DNA from: Jimgerdemannia flammicorona
Lineage: Eukaryota
NCBI GenBank assembly: GCA_003990765.1
Contig: RBNJ01000108.1
Location: 1 to 41,347 of the forward strand
Length of the DNA: 41,347 bases
Direction: 5' to 3'
Numbering within the stretch: position 1 is the stretch's first letter; each line of letters begins with the position of its first letter. Positions 1-11,131 of the stretch are shown here, in pieces. The position numbers were made by a program, and so were the translations under genes. The notes beneath the pieces are model-generated. The model made no database searches and was not told where the DNA came from. It worked only from the letters and a program-made list of their open reading frames with translations.

Positions 1-7
1 AAAAAAA

Positions 8-941
8 GTAACCTACAGAAGGTATACAGACAGCGAATCCGATGAAAGTGAAGATGAAGCACCCCTCCTTCGCCCACCAACACCTTATCCAGCATATGAG
101 ACAGATGATGCCATCTTGTGGGATGGAGATGAAGTTCCAATGTATTATTACTTCAGCAAACAAGGAGAAGTAATCCACAAACCACTTTTTCTGGATGACT
201 ACTTCATCAGAGATGATGCAATCGATGGTGATATCATCGAGGACTACCCAGATAGTGCCTAAACCCATAAATAACCTAGCAGTTATAGTATAGTTAGATT
301 AGCCTTATACGACGTGACTGTGAACTGACTCAGCAGTCAGACAATCTCTTGACATATCAGATCACACTTGTACTATGTGACTGCATTCTGACTCAGCAAA
401 GCACTTAGTGCTACATCCATATTCAGCATAGTCCAGATAGCCCCTCACTAGTATAAATATCCTCTCCCCCAGACCTCAGAATCTCAGACTTGAACACACA
501 AGAATATTCCTGAATACTTCCCCACAATATCCCTTCATACAACTACTCCTAGTATAGTAATATCATGAATAGCAAATAAATCTATTCAAATAACCCACAA
601 ACCACCCTTAAGTAAATCCACTCCCCGTTAGGTCCTACTCCTAACCCTGTCATGAAATTTCCTAATTGGGTATTGTCTGCAGCAATATGCCAATTCAACT
701 AAGCTGGTCTTAGTTTCTTGAACTTCCTGAAATATGGAAATCCTGAACATCCAGAACTAGTCCAAAAAAAAGGACTTTGGTTGAGATGTCAACCTGATCT
801 TGAAATCAATAAGTGTAGAGGATGTACTCCATATGAAATTGATCTTGACCATAAGAAAATAGTCTTCCAGAATATCCAGAACTTCCAGAAAACCCTTTCA
901 GAACTATATAATGGTTACCCTAAAAAGTGAACCATCTAACA
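8..941 (+). repeat. 5' LTR of element A (3' part only)
   Basis: Near-identical to 8338-9270; ends ...atctaaCA followed by the PBS; TATA-like gtataaata at 451. Confidence 0.93.
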
Positions 942-2900
942 ACTTAGTAGCAGTGGCTTATAATCCAATTCCACTTCAAGATGCTTCCTCACCCCGCTAC
1001 AACCCTTCTGAGAATTCCTACAAGTTGGCATAAAGCCCAATCTCTGAACTGGAATTTATCCTAAACTATCTGACAATCTGAAGAGAATTGAACCTGATGT
1101 ATAAGGACAATTTGACCTCCACACCTGCAACAAGTGGGATAAACTTCATTCAAAGAAAGAAGTACTCCAGTTAAACCAGCAAATAGGTGAAACTCTATTC
1201 ACCGAACTTCTTGCACTACACCTAGCAAGTCAAGATGAAGAAGGTCTTATTGAAGCCTTCTTTACTCTTCTCAACAAGAGTTTTGTCAGCTCCACAAATC
1301 TGAGTGACCTAGGACAACCAGCAGCAGTCTTTCTAGCCTTAGTTCCTCACAAAGCCCAAGCCTTGGTAGCCAAGTGGCTCAACTCTACCAACTTTCACCA
1401 TACCAGAACCAAGACTGCATTATACTACTGATTCTAGAATAGCAAGGCCCACCATATTCTTAAAGAAGAAGCAAGAGAAACCCTTCATCAACTACCTGAC
1501 CCTGAACCTGAAGCAGGCCCTGCTACAGCCCTACCTGAATCTGAAACCAATACCGAACCTGAACTTGACTTTGAATTAAGTCCATCTGAAATCAGATATA
1601 CAACTGATTCTGTCTACTTTGACACCAAGCAAACCCAATTACACAGGGACCAAACCGAAGAAGAGGAGGAGTATCTCAGTGAATTTGATCCCAGATATAC
1701 CACCGAAGGAGAAGTACCTCCATCAGGACAAAATACACCAACACAGTAACAAATAGTTATCTATCAAGCCCTCACTCTAGACCCACAACTACTACTCCAG
1801 CAACTTACACAGACCCAAAGAACCCTATCACACTCTGCACCAGTACCTCAAGTAGTACCAGTAACACCACTACCAGCAGTCCAACCGCCTCTAGCAAACA
1901 ATATAGCAAACCAACAGATTCTTGATCTCACAGCCCAAGTAGCTATAATGGCAGCAACCATTACTGCCTTAGCTGAACAGACCCAACCTACAAAATCTGA
2001 GCCTACCTACCTTTAATGGTACTGCACAAGAAGTCCAAAGCTTCATTAGTATAGTTGACACCAACTTCGAAGCCAATCAATGGACTAATGAGTGAGTTGC
2101 TGACTGCATTCTGACAAACAATCAAGACCACACTCTGGAACAACTCTTTGCTACCACTACAGCCTATGTCTGCTGAGTTGTTATATTCTTCTGAGGACCT
2201 GCCAAAGAATGGTGGTGAACCCTTCCTGAAAAACCCCTCACATGGGATACCCGACCTACAGTAGTTGCTCAGAATGCAGCAAACAATGCCCCAGGATATG
2301 GAGCCCATCCTGCAGCCCCTGGACTCAAACAACTCATGATTGCTCAATATCGCAGCGAAACCATGATTGCTGAATCTCGAGTGAAACTCCGCAATCTCAA
2401 ATTTGATGTACATGGCAAAGAGGAATTCAAAACCTTCTGTACAAAACTCGAGTCACTCCTGAACACTATTGGCCTAGGATATATTGCCAATGATGAAGCA
2501 CGAAATAATACAAGAGCAGACCATTTATTTGATGCCCTGTCTGAATGGCTTACTAGAAAAATCTGAGAACAAGGCCACCCAGTTGGTTGTGATCACCAAC
2601 AATGGTGCCTGGCAAGAATCAAGACTATGGTCAAGCAAATTCTAACAGCTGGACCAATTCTGCCCCAAAGGCAATTCAACAACAAGAAAAAGACTTGGAC
2701 TAAGAAAGAAGAACCCAAGCATGAAGCATCTCAAGCTCCCTCCACATCCACCTCTTGGACACCCAGAAATCATGAACCCACCCAGCCAAGTACCTTCAAG
2801 AAACTTACTGAAGGTGAAAGAAATAAACTTTGAAGAAGTGGAGTATGCTTCTATTGCTGAAAGACAGGATACATGGCCAGTACCTGCCCTAACCAAAAAC
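652..2900 (+). pseudogene. gag: gag of element A with a long N-terminal extension starting inside the LTR
   Basis: Frame from ATG 652 continues to ~2010 with stops of the C>T or G>A type; one frameshift near 2005; then capsid-like PTFNGTAQEVQSFI..GPAKEWW and degenerate zinc knuckle CFYC*KTGYMASTC at ~2845-2890. Confidence 0.8.
945..953 (+). promoter_or_regulatory. Primer binding site of A, probably initiator-Met tRNA
   Basis: tagtagcag 3 nt after the LTR end equals TGGTAGCAG with one G>A change; TGGTAGC is complementary to the tRNA-iMet 3' end. Confidence 0.65.
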
Positions 2901-2965
2901 CCCGAACAGCAATACAAGCAACTGTTACCACTCTGCACTACCTCAACAACCTGACCACCAGAACA

Positions 2966-3375
2966 CTGGACTTTGTCAAGTTAAGACAAACTGCTAAGGC
3001 CCCAACTTAAGGAAGTCAAAAAGCAGCTAGATATGACCTGTATACAGCCAAAGAAGCTACAGTTTCCAACTGAGAAGTCAAACAAGTCTATACAGGAATC
3101 GGTATCCAAATCTCTGAAGGACATGTTGGAAGAATATACTGTTGCAGCAGCCTAGCATTGAAAGGACTCTCAGTAGAAGGAGGAGTCATTGACGAGGATT
3201 ACACAGGTGAAATTATTGTCCTCATCTGAAACCACAGTTAGACACCCTTCAAGATCCCTATTGGTTTCTGCATCACCCAGATCCTATTTGAAAAAATCGA
3301 GTCAACTCTGACAGTCAAGGAAGTCCCTGAACTACTGCCCACCATCCGAGGATCCAAAGGATTTGGCTCATCAAA
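2966..3375 (+). pseudogene. dut: Trimeric dUTPase domain between nucleocapsid and protease of A
   Basis: Manual translation LDFVKLRQTAKAPT*GSQKAARYDLY...SSLALKGLSVEGGVIDEDYTGEI...ITQILF...RGSKGFGSS shows dUTPase motifs I-V, partly mutated. Confidence 0.92.
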
Positions 3376-3589
3376 CAAGGCCCCAGCCCAACCTATCATG
3401 AGTAAAGAAGAACAATTCTACAAGAAAATTGAAGATGGATATGTACCAAGTGGCTGATGTCCCTATGGTATTAGAATGTACTCTTCCCGAATGATTGATG
3501 ATTGCTTCTCTTATGTCAATGAACTGGCTCAAAGAAGAACCAACAGAAGGAAAGCTCCTACAACTGAAATCACCACCATTGGATTAGAC

Positions 3590-6500
3590 AAACTGCTCAC
3601 ACTTAAGGCTTTTGTCAACCGAGCACCTGTTAAGATTATGATAGACAGTGGTGCCTCAGGCAACTTCATCAATGAAGAGACAGCCAACAGACTCAAGGTC
3701 TTTACCTCTCCAGTATAGCAAACTCAAGCAGTTGCTACAGCTGATGGAACCTCACATGTTATTAGCAAAGAAGTCCGCAATCTACTCTTCTGAATTGGCA
3801 ACTACCGAGTACATATTACTCTCCAAATTGTACCACTTCCTGATAATGAAATCATCCTTAGGACCCCATGGTTAAAATAAGAGAACCCTATGATCAATTG
3901 AGTAAACCATTCTCTGACCATCAAGAAGGGATGCCACAACTTCAAACTGCAAGGTGAAAAAGACCCACTTAATTCTGGTGACCCTGGACCAAAGATCACC
4001 CACATCAACAAGTTACAACTTAAGAAATTGGCCAAGAAATGCCCACTCTTCGCCATCTCCATCTGCCCATCGAAAGGAGAACCTGAGAATTCTGAAGAAG
4101 ATTTTTCCAAAGTTGACAGCTGTGTCAGACCACTACTCCAGAAATTTCGAGACATATTCCCAAAGAAGCTCCCAAAAGGCCTACCTCCTAAGCGAGTAGT
4201 AGACCATACCATCAAGACTATTCCAGATGCCAAACCAGTCTTCAAGTCAATCTACTACATGTCTCTGAGAGAAATCAATGCACTCAAGAAAGAAATTGAC
4301 AAACTCCTGAACAAGGATTCATCAGACCCAGTGTATTACCTTATGGTGCACTAGTCCTATTTGTTATCAAGAAAGGAGGAGACCTGCGAATATACATTGA
4401 CTACTGCGATCTCAATGAACAGACCATCAAGAACTGTTGCTCACTACTGAGGATCGATAAAATATTTGATAGACTTACCAACTCACAATTCATGAGCTCC
4501 TTTGACCTGTGAAATGATTACTGGCAAATTGCTATGAAAGAAGAAGACATCTACAAGACAGCTTTCCAAACTCGCTATGGATACTTTGAGTTTCTGATTA
4601 TGCCCTTTGGCTTAACTAATGCTCTAGCAACCTTCCAGACACTGATGAATACCATTCTGCATCCATACCTGGACAAATTCGTTGTTGTCTACATTGATGA
4701 CATCCTAGTCTTCAGCAAAACCCTGGAAGAACATCTTGAACACCTTGAACTAGTACTACTGAAACTCCGAGAAAACTGACTCTTTGCAAAACTCAGCAAG
4801 TGCGAATTTCTCCTGAAAGAAATCCAATTCCTTGGACACATTGTCATGCCAAATGGAATTAAGGTAGACCCTAGCAAAATCTCCACAATCAAGGATTGGC
4901 CCAGACCCAAGAAGCTGAAAGACCTCTAGTCATTCCTGGGATTAGCAAATTATTACAGGTGATTTGTTGCCAACTTTGCTAAAATCACTACTGTCCTCAC
5001 CCAAATGACCAAGTATAACAAGAAACAAGAACAACCCTGGACCATAAAACAAGAGAAAGACTTCAACAATCTTGTAACTTGGGGACCTGAACAAGATACC
5101 ACCTTTCAAGCACTGAAAGATACCCTGATAACTACTCCAGTACTTCAAGCAGCAAACCCTGCACTACTATATAAAGTTACCACTGATGCCTCTGACCTAG
5201 CCCTTGGAGCAGTACTCATGCAAGAAGGACACCCTGTGGCCTATTACTCCCGCAAGTTCAATGATCAACTACGCAACTCATGAGAAGGAGATGCTAGCCA
5301 TTATGGACACTCTGATCAAATGGCAACCCTACCTAGAAGGAGCACACTTTACTGTATTGACCAACCACAAGTCATTAGTCAACATCAAGACACAGGCTAC
5401 CCTTTCTCGAAAGCAAGCCAGATGGATGAAAGTTCTCACCAACTTTGACTATAAAACCCAGTATCACCCTGATAAGGAAAATATTGTTGCTGATGCAATC
5501 TCCAGACCACCAATCGAAGAGGTTATCCAAACTCTCACCTTGGTTACAAACTCCATCATGGAACAAATTATTACAGTATGTGCCAATGATAAGGAAGCTC
5601 AAGCACTGTGAGAAATCCCGAATAGTGACAATGCAGACAAGCATACACAGTATCATCAATACTACCTAAAGGACAATGCTATCTACTATAAGGACAGACT
5701 GTATGTCCCAAACAACTGAGACCTCTGAAGGACTATCCTATTCAAATGTCATGATGCCCCTATAGCTGGATATTTAGGATTTGATAAATGTTATGAAGTT
5801 ATCTCCCGAAACTTCTATTGGCCCTGCATGGCAGATCAGCTCAAAACCTACATCACTTTCTGTGATGCCTGCCAATGAAACAAGTCCTCAACACTAGCAA
5901 AACCCGGCTTACTTCACTCTATTCCAGTACCATCTGCTAATTGAGAACAAATCTCTATGGACTTCATTGTACAACTACCCCGAACCAAGAATGGGAAAGA
6001 TACAATTATTGTCTTTATGGACTATCTCAGCAAACAAGCCCACTTTGTACCTACTACCACTACTGCAACAGCACCAGACATAGCTACACTCTTATTTGAT
6101 AACATCTTCCACTATCATAGTCTTCCCAGGATCATTGTTAGTGACCGAGACCCAAAATTCACCAGCCATTTTTAGAAAGCCCTCCATATACACCTTGGAA
6201 TAAAACTTGCACTATCCACAGCCTTTCACCCAGAAACTGATGGCCAAACTGAAAGAATGAACTGAACTCTGGAACAAATGCTAAGGAACTATGTTTCCTA
6301 CAGACAAGATGACTGGAATGAATATCTCACCACAGTTGAGTTTGCCTATAACAATAGTAAGCAAGCCTCTCTCGGAATGACCCCATTCTTCACCAATACT
6401 GGACAAAACCCAAACACCCCTTTGACACTTATCCATACCACTGAAGAACCCTCCACAGTCAAAGCTGTTGAAGAATTCCTACTCCGAATGCACAATCTAA

Positions 6501-7024
6501 GCCAGATTGCAATTGAGAATTTATCACGAGCTCAAGAACAACAGTCACAGTATGTTAACCAACACCACCAAGAAGAAACCTTTGATATTGGAGAAAAAGT
6601 TCTACTGGACATCAGAGGTTACCAAGTTGACAACCTCAAGCACAGACCATCTACAAAGCTGAACAGCAAGTTCATTGGACCATTTGAAGTTATCACACAA
6701 GTCTCTCCTACCTCCTACAAATTGGCACTACCAGATACCATTAAGATTCACCCAGTCTTTAATGTTCAACATCTCAAGCAATACAATGAGAATGATGACA
6801 AGCTATTTCCAAACCGGACCACCAAACCACCTGCACCTGTCATTATTAATGATCAAGAAGAATATGAAGTTGAACAAATCCTCAACAAACATGGCAACAA
6901 GAGCCACCCTGAGTACCTTATCAAATGGAAAGGTTACCCAATCCACAATGCAACCTGGGAACCCAAGACCAATCTCAAGAATGCTACTGACCTAGTTCAG
7001 GAATATGATTCCTTAAACAACTAG
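3590..7024 (+). pseudogene. pol: pol of element A: PR, RT, RNase H, integrase, GPF motif, C-terminal chromodomain
   Basis: [108 protein letters not shown]. Confidence 0.95.
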
Positions 7025-7222
7025 AACCAAATACTCTACACCTATCCATACATACTATATATTATCCTCCCGAACAGTATAATTATTATAAACCAAACCA
7101 AGAACTCAGCAAAACAAGACAAGAATACTGACCCTCTGAAGAAATGGCAAAACTGAAAGCAAGCCTATTCTCCCTATACCATCAAACAAAATTAGAAGGC
7201 CCCAACGAGGACATTGAAAGCT

Positions 7223-7235
7223 AAGAAGGGGAGAG
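7223..7235 (+). promoter_or_regulatory. Polypurine tract of A
   Basis: aagaaggggagag immediately before the TG start of the 3' LTR. Confidence 0.85.
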
Positions 7236-7236
7236 T

Positions 7237-9270
7237 TGTAAGTGCACAACCTCCAAACCACCGAAATTACATGTCACCCTCTGAACAAATCTGGAAATCA
7301 CCTGCTTGATCATGAAGCTAAGTCAAACCAAAGTCACAGCACACAAAGCTGAGTCAATACAAAGTCACAGAACACAAGATTTACACAAACGGAATCTTAC
7401 CAATCAAGACCAAGTGCATATATACTGAGCACCGAGATGTGTTGAATCAGAAGAGCCAAAACAAACAACAACCACAACTTCCAAATACACAAACATGACC
7501 ACCGAGATCTATACCCATATCCGTACTGACATTTGGAATACCATTGTTAACCGAGCCACACCCCCTCTGCCCCTCATGAATATCCATAGCCTAGCACCTC
7601 TCTACTTCGTGGAAGCCCATTGGAATGCTCTGAACATACTTAGCAAGGCCCACTGAATCGGACAAATCTCAAGCTACTATCAGATTGGTCACCTCCTGGA
7701 AGACATGGTCGAACACCACCATGATATAGACATTACCCAGATGTCTCAACACCAGAAGCTCATCGCCCACAAACATCGAGAACTCTTCTATGAGTACAGT
7801 ACCATTATTCCCCACCTCTGAGTTGCCACCAGTGAAATGGTTGCTACTCTGTCCTATGGCCAAATCAATGACATGATACAAGAACTCAACCACAAGTACC
7901 TTGAGTATATTGAAACCACAGACAGAACCTTCCCACACCCCAATGATTATATGCTGCAAATGCCCCAAGTTGGATACATCATAAAGGACATCTACGATAT
8001 AATCCACTTTGATGAAGATGAAGTAGAAGACAATGATCCCTCTGATGCCAATATGACCTCTAGCCAAGGATCTCTACCAACCCTGATCACACCGCCAACC
8101 TTGCCAATGAACTTACAACAATTCATAACAGCATATGAGACTTATTGGGACAATGACCACTGGCACGAATACCAACCCACATTCACCCCCGATTGCTTCA
8201 ACTACAATGAAGAGACTGGAGAACACAACCTGTACCTCCAGACAACCCTCGAGATTGAACCAACCACTCCACCACCCAAGTATGAGCAACATGAACCACA
8301 GCCACCAGCTTACTACAACTCCATGACTCATAGTGCTGTAACCTACAGAAGGTATGCAGACAGTGAATCCAATGAAAGTGAAGATGAAGTACCCCTCCTT
8401 CGCCCACCAACACCTTATCTAGCATATGAGACAGACGACGCCATCTTGTGGGATGGAGACGAAGTTCCAATATATTATTACCTTAGTGAACAAGGAGAAG
8501 TAATCCGTGAACCACTTTTCCTGGATGGCTACTTCATCAGAGATAATGCAATTGATGGTGATGTCATCAAGGACTACCCAGATAGTGCCTAAACCCATAA
8601 ATAACCTAGCAGTCATAGTATAGTTAGATTAGCCTTGTACGACGTGACTGTGAACTAACTCAGCAGTCAGATGATCTCTTGATATGTCAGATCATACTTG
8701 TACTATGTGACTGTATTCCAACTCAGCAAAGCACTTAGTGCTACATCCATATTCAGCATAGTCCAGATAGTCCCTCACTAGTATAAATACCCCTCCCCCA
8801 GACCTCAGAATCTCAGACTCGAACACACAAGAACATTTCTGAATACTTCCCCACAATATCTCTTTACACAACTACTCCTAGTATAGTAATATCATGAATA
8901 GTGAATATATCTATTCAAATAACCCACAAACCACTCTTAAGTAAATCTACTCCCCATTAGGTCCTACTCTTAACCCCATCATGAAATTTCCTAATTGGGT
9001 ATTGTCTGCAGCAATATGCTGATTCAACTAAGCTGGTCTTAGTTTCTTGAACTTCCTGAAATATGGAAATCCTGAACATCCAGAACTAGTCCAAAAAAAA
9101 GGACTTTGGGTGAGATGTCAACCTGATCTTGAAATCAATAAGCATAGAGAATGTACTCCATACAAAATTGATCTTGACCATAAGAAAACAGTCTTCCAGA
9201 ATATCCAGAACTTCCAGAAAACCCTTCCAGAACTACATAATGATTACTCTAAAAAGTGAACCATCTGATA
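7237..9270 (+). repeat. 3' LTR of element A (~2.03 kb)
   Basis: Starts TGTAAG after the PPT; 3' part matches 8-941; ends ccatctgata (terminal CA mutated to TA). Confidence 0.9.
7495..8592 (+). pseudogene. LTR(U3)-encoded accessory ORF3 of A, ~365 codons, unknown function, acidic Pro-rich C-terminus
   Basis: ATG 7495 is in frame with the 251-aa ORF 7837-8592, interrupted by two TGA codons (probably from CGA); the C-terminal part is repeated at 8-261 in the 5' LTR. Confidence 0.8.
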
Positions 9271-10818
9271 CATAGTGGTTGCTGAGTCCTTTAAATATGC
9301 CAGATTCTCTTCAAGATGTATCTCTTAGACTAACTCAAGTCTGTTATAAGTAAGTTCTTATTGGAGTGCCTTCCCAAGGTCTTATAGTCCTCAAACTTCT
9401 TATCTTTAACTGTCTTATTATCTCTTAGATTGCTTGCAAGGAAGTGTGTTTAAGTGAAACCGGAACTGACTTTATTTCAGAGGAAATAAGAGGGGTATTT
9501 ATACAAAATACAATTCAATAGTTGCTAAGATATAAAGCTAAATATAAATTCCAATAACTAAAACTACTAAGTTCCAGAGTTGGTGCTGATGGTTGTATAG
9601 GTTCAGGATATTGGCATTATTTAGTGTCACATCAAAATGCCAGTACTGGAACAATTTCACATCACCTCAGAATACTGGTACTGGCATTATCCAGTATTAT
9701 ATAAGAATACCGGTACTGGCATTATCCAGTGTAATACAGAACTTAGAGCAGAAAGTTCAGGACTATGGGAGCTTCATCCTCATCATCATCATCACTGAAG
9801 GAGATGAGATCCACAAATTCATCATTTTCGTGTGCTTCATTATGTGTCTCGCGTATGTCGATGTAGTGTGGGATGACGTCATTGCCGATGACGTCATCAC
9901 ATTCAGCTGTGGTGGGAAAATTGGGAACAAGATCTGGAGCTCTCCAGTCTATAAGGTTCTCTTCCACAAAATAGGGAACAAATGTGGGGTCTTGGGGAGG
10001 TCTAATCTAGATACTTGGGCCTTGGAATACTGAGATCAATCCTTGCAGGAATTGGTCTGAGTTGTCCTGAAGGATAGGGTGCCAGAAGTCTTCTACTTCT
10101 TCACTGTTGAGGGTGATAGTGGACTGGGCTTCTGTAACCACTCTGGCTTCTAGTGCATTGATATGGTGGGGTGATAGGTCTCTGAAGTCTGAGACTCTAA
10201 CATACTCCAAGTTGGGGATTGACCATAGTGCATGCCTGAAGATCTGATGGATCTTCTTAGCTGTCCTTATTTCATGTATATCCATGGGAGTGGCATCTTG
10301 TAGCTCTTGGGTACTGGCTTGTGGGAACTCCCAGCAGAGGAGGTTTCCTATTTCGTACTCCTGCCACATTTGGAGGCATTCAGTAGCAATAGTGATCCTT
10401 ATTTCCATTTCACAGTGGTAGAGAATAAAGTGATAAGGGTCTGCAGTACCCAGGTTGATACTAGGCATCCTTCTTGAGTGGATCCTCATGGCTCTTCTGA
10501 TGTCTTGGAATATCCTTTCCTTAACTGAGATACCTTGGTGATTCCTTGATCTTGAGGTTTGGCAGGCAGCAGGCATTTTGTTTATGGTAAGTCTTTAAGC
10601 TATTTTGGGATTAGTGGTTCTTGTTGGTTGCTGCTACTGTGGTTCCTTGATCCTTCTTTTATATTCTTCAGGATGCTTGTGCTGTGGTCACAATGACTCA
10701 CAGTTGGTCATCATTACTCATCTCATATGCTGTATGATCTTCTTGTGCTCCAATCTAGTGGCTTGTAAGGAAAGGCTGTCTCTGGTGCTGATGTCATCAT
10801 TCTGGGGTCACTATTATA
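9271..10818 (-). repeat. 3' LTR of element B (terminal 5 bp displaced by element A)
   Basis: Highly similar to 16472-17989 and 19118-20636; PPT adjacent at 10819. Confidence 0.92.
9743..10576 (-). pseudogene. LTR(U3)-encoded accessory ORF3 of B, ~277 codons
   Basis: ORFs 10007-10576 and 9743-9967 are one frame broken by a single TAG that is CAG in sister copies; also present in the other three B LTRs. Confidence 0.85.
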
Positions 10819-11131
10819 TCTTCCTCCTGAATAAGGATCTTCCTGAGCATCCTTATTCATTGGTCCAGTCTTGAAAAATTTGCTGATCCCATAACCTCTG
10901 GTAAGGGGTTAAAAACTGGTGTTTATGGGCTGGTGTCTTCTCTTTATATTTTGGCATGATGGTGAAGGGTTGCTCTCTTCATATAGAGCAAGGGCCTGAT
11001 TCTGATCTTGACCAATCAGTTGATGGTTCAAACTCCTCTGACTTCGAAAGTCTCATAGATGAGTAGTTGCCAGTGCTATATCCCTTAGAGAATGGTCCAG
11101 ACAGATAGCCTGCTGGTCATGGGACATGCTG

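Larger units (their letters stand above)
8..9270 (+). mobile_element. Element A: Ty3/gypsy chromovirus-type LTR retrotransposon with dUTPase, inactivated; 5' LTR truncated at window start
   Basis: Direct repeat 8-941 matches 8338-9270; PBS after the 5' LTR and PPT before the 3' LTR; order gag-CCHC-dUTPase-PR(IDSGA)-RT(YIDD)-RNaseH-IN-chromodomain; many in-frame stops. Confidence 0.95.

Noticed and set aside
2966-3375. dUTPase as evidence of an endogenous retrovirus, caulimovirus or DNA virus
   Set aside because: Embedded in canonical Ty3/gypsy structure with LTRs, PBS, PPT, integrase and chromodomain
7495-8592. ORF3 as a retroviral env gene
   Set aside because: No signal peptide, transmembrane segment or furin site visible; acidic and located inside the LTR
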